DNA of 64,000 bases, taken from assembly GCA_964187785.1 (NCBI GenBank), contig OZ076410.1, forward strand, positions 26,784,001 through 26,848,000, in the 5' to 3' direction. The position numbers and the translations under genes are program-made. The notes below the pieces were generated by a model. It was given only the letters and a program-made list of their open reading frames with translations. It was not told where the DNA came from and ran no database searches. Below are positions 62,070-64,000 of the stretch, in pieces. The DNA comes from Amphiscolops sp. MND2022 (taxonomy: Eukaryota). Numbering within the stretch: the stretch's first letter is position 1; every line of letters starts with the position of its first letter.

Positions 62070-62930
62070 CTCAAATATAAGATGACAATCATACCCAGAA
62101 AAGTTATGGAAAAATATAGGAACAAAACTTGATGACTTTTGTTTACAATTTATGTTACATGTATTATGAGCTGCTCCTCGGCAACGGCCTGTAAGATGAT
62201 CATGATCTCTTACTGGTTGTTCATATTCAGTAAAAGGTTGTTCACAAAGCCAACACTCCTCTGCAAGTTTGAATGATTCTTCTTCTTGAGGAGCTATTTG
62301 TAATTCTAAGTTTGTTTTAAAATATTTATTTGCTTCTAGTTCTAATTTTAACATTTCCTTTACAAACCACTTGGTACAATCTGTTCCAAAATATGAATAA
62401 TACTTGCTTTCAAATGGTGAAATTACATAAAATCCTACTGCAATTGGAATTTGTTTAAATAATACATTAGGGATGTTTTGAGGTTGAATGATCATGATCT
62501 CTTACTGGTTGTTCATATTCAGTAAAAGGTTGTTCACAAAGCCAACACTCCTCTGCAAGTTTGAATGATTCTTCTTCTTGAGGAGCTATTTGTAATTCTA
62601 AGTTTGTTTTAAAATATTTATTTGCTTCTAGTTCTAATTTTAACATTTCCTTTACAAACCACTTGGTACAATCTGTTCCAAAATATGAATAATACTTGCT
62701 TTCAAATGGTGAAATTACATAAAATCCTACTGCAATTGGAATTTGTTTAAATAATACATTAGGGATGTTTTGAGGTTGATTGATACATTCAAAATCTGCA
62801 TATACTCTTATTGGTACAGGAATTTTCATGTGGTAGTGTTCGAACTTTACCTGATCCTTCCAACTGAATGTGATTTTAGTTGGTTGCTGTTTTTGACAAC
62901 GATCTATATGATCAATTAGAACTGGTTGTG
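62070..62930 (-). pseudogene. protein-primed DNA polymerase B, exonuclease-region fragment with internal 292-bp duplication
   Basis: VYADFE (ExoI), CWLCEQP..RDHDHLTGRCRGAAHNTCN, FFHNFSGYDCHLI (ExoII). Confidence 0.9.
62196..62779. repeat. 292-bp direct tandem duplication (62196-62487, 62488-62779)
   Basis: The copies appear identical by eye and give identical translations in the ORF track. Confidence 0.95.
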
Positions 62931-63002
62931 AACTAAATGTGAGATACTGAGATAAATTTCATACTTTTTGAAAACTAAAATTAAGTTTTTATTTAAAATT
63001 AA

Positions 63003-63524
63003 ATGAGTGAAAAATTGTATCCTTGTTTACGTGAATCAGATAATCTTGATATGCGATTGAAAGAAATAAATAGTTTCAATAATTCAATTCAAAATATAAA
63101 AGATATTCAAAATTTTTATAATCATGAAGCTAAAAAATATAAAAAGAAAAGTAAACAATACAAGCTTATAAATTGTTTAATTCAATCTATTGATGGAGTG
63201 TCGGTGTTGGGTGTATCATCAACATGTGTCACGTTGAGTGTCACAGGAGTTGGACTTGTTGTTGTACCTATAGCAAGTGGTATAGGTGCAGGTTTATGTA
63301 TAATCAGTAAAATTGCTGGAGAGTATCTGAAAAGAAAAGAACAACACAATATTAAAAAATATACTCTTGCTGGTAGAACACTACACGACTACCAAAAACT
63401 ACATTCAAAATGTTTAGAAGATAATAAAATAGATCTGAATGAATACAACAAATTAAAACAAACTTATGATACATACAAAACGAACAAAACTAAACTAAAT
63501 TCTGAGTTTACTTTTTTAGGATAA
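63003..63524 (+). CDS. Polinton/adintovirus two-TM membrane protein (GasderminX-like), 173 aa, intact
   Basis: Coiled-coil N-part, hydrophobic hairpin GVSVLGVSSTCVTLSVTGVGLVVVPIASGIGAGLCII, C-terminal LEDNKIDLNEYNKL. Confidence 0.7.
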   Translation: MSEKLYPCLRESDNLDMRLKEINSFNNSIQNIKDIQNFYNHEAKKYKKKSKQYKLINCLIQSIDGVSVLGVSSTCVTLSVTGVGLVVVPIASGIGAGLCIISKIAGEYLKRKEQHNIKKYTLAGRTLHDYQKLHSKCLEDNKIDLNEYNKLKQTYDTYKTNKTKLNSEFTFLG

Positions 63525-63585
63525 ATATTTTAGGTAAAAATAAAATCAGTATAAAATTTAAATCCTAATTTTTATTCCTATTTAA

Positions 63586-64000
63586 ATGGAAATATTTTCA
63601 TTGAAAAATAAATATGCTATGGATAAACCTATTCATAAAATTGATTTTATCAAATATAGTCCAAGTAGTTTAGCTACAATTAATAATAATAATTCAAATA
63701 TTTCCATCATCTTCCCAAGAGAAGATGCATATATTTGTTTACAAAACTCATACACATCATTAGAATTTGAAGTTCTTAAAAATGATGATACAAGACATGC
63801 AGATGGTGATCAAATAAGAGTAGTTAATTTTGGACCCGTTGCTTTATTTAGTGAAGCTAAGTTAACTACTAGGTCAGGTAAACATTTAGAAAAAGTTGAT
63901 AATCTACACCCAATTTCATTGATGTATAAACTTTTAACATCTAATCAACAAACAAGTCAATTGATGTACGGATTTGAAGAATCACAAGCAACTAGAAGAC
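63586..64000 (+). CDS. Polinton major capsid protein (double jelly-roll), N-terminal 138 codons open to the window end
   Basis: MEIFSLKNKYAMDKPIHKIDFIKYSPSSLATINNNNSNISIIFPREDAYICLQNSY...GPVALFSEAKLTT..GKHLEKVD; not listed in the ORF track because no stop falls inside the window. Confidence 0.75.
   Translation, partial: MEIFSLKNKYAMDKPIHKIDFIKYSPSSLATINNNNSNISIIFPREDAYICLQNSYTSLEFEVLKNDDTRHADGDQIRVVNFGPVALFSEAKLTTRSGKHLEKVDNLHPISLMYKLLTSNQQTSQLMYGFEESQATRR

Larger units (their letters stand above)
62070..64000. mobile_element. Polinton/Maverick segment C, runs off the window end
   Basis: PolB fragment (-), two-TM GasderminX-like ORF (+), major capsid N-terminus (+). Confidence 0.85.

Noticed and set aside
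1-64000. prokaryotic or phage origin of the window
   Set aside because: Spliceosomal introns, gypsy, LINE and Polinton content and low coding density indicate an animal nuclear genome.

Overview
TE-dense, AT-rich animal genomic DNA (invertebrate-like; taxon not determinable from the window). Contents: (1) three degenerate Ty3/gypsy LTR retrotransposons (G1 1-3530 +, G2 ~3830-15294 -, G3 ~47950-54300 -). All have multi-ORF accessory regions, 3-5 kb long in G2 and G3. In G1/G2 the Gag frame appears to start ~560 nt inside the LTR and read through the PBS. (2) Three Polinton/Maverick (adintovirus-like) segments: integrase x2 plus a 3.9-kb tandem duplication with two A32-type ATPases; protease/penton/core protein; PolB fragment, GasderminX-like gene and major capsid. 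(3) A young 5'-truncated CR1/L2-group LINE with an 849-aa open ORF inserted in the second Polinton unit. (4) A 2.25-kb tandem duplication whose middle flanking repeat is a visible recombinant. (5) One host gene reconstructed by hand: a signal-peptide + REJ-domain (polycystin-1/PKDREJ family) gene, 41282 to at least 60535, whose first coding exon is split by a 794-bp CCC...GGG CACTA/EnSpm-like MITE with a TG target duplication. All family assignments come from motif recognition, not database searches; many boundaries are approximate.
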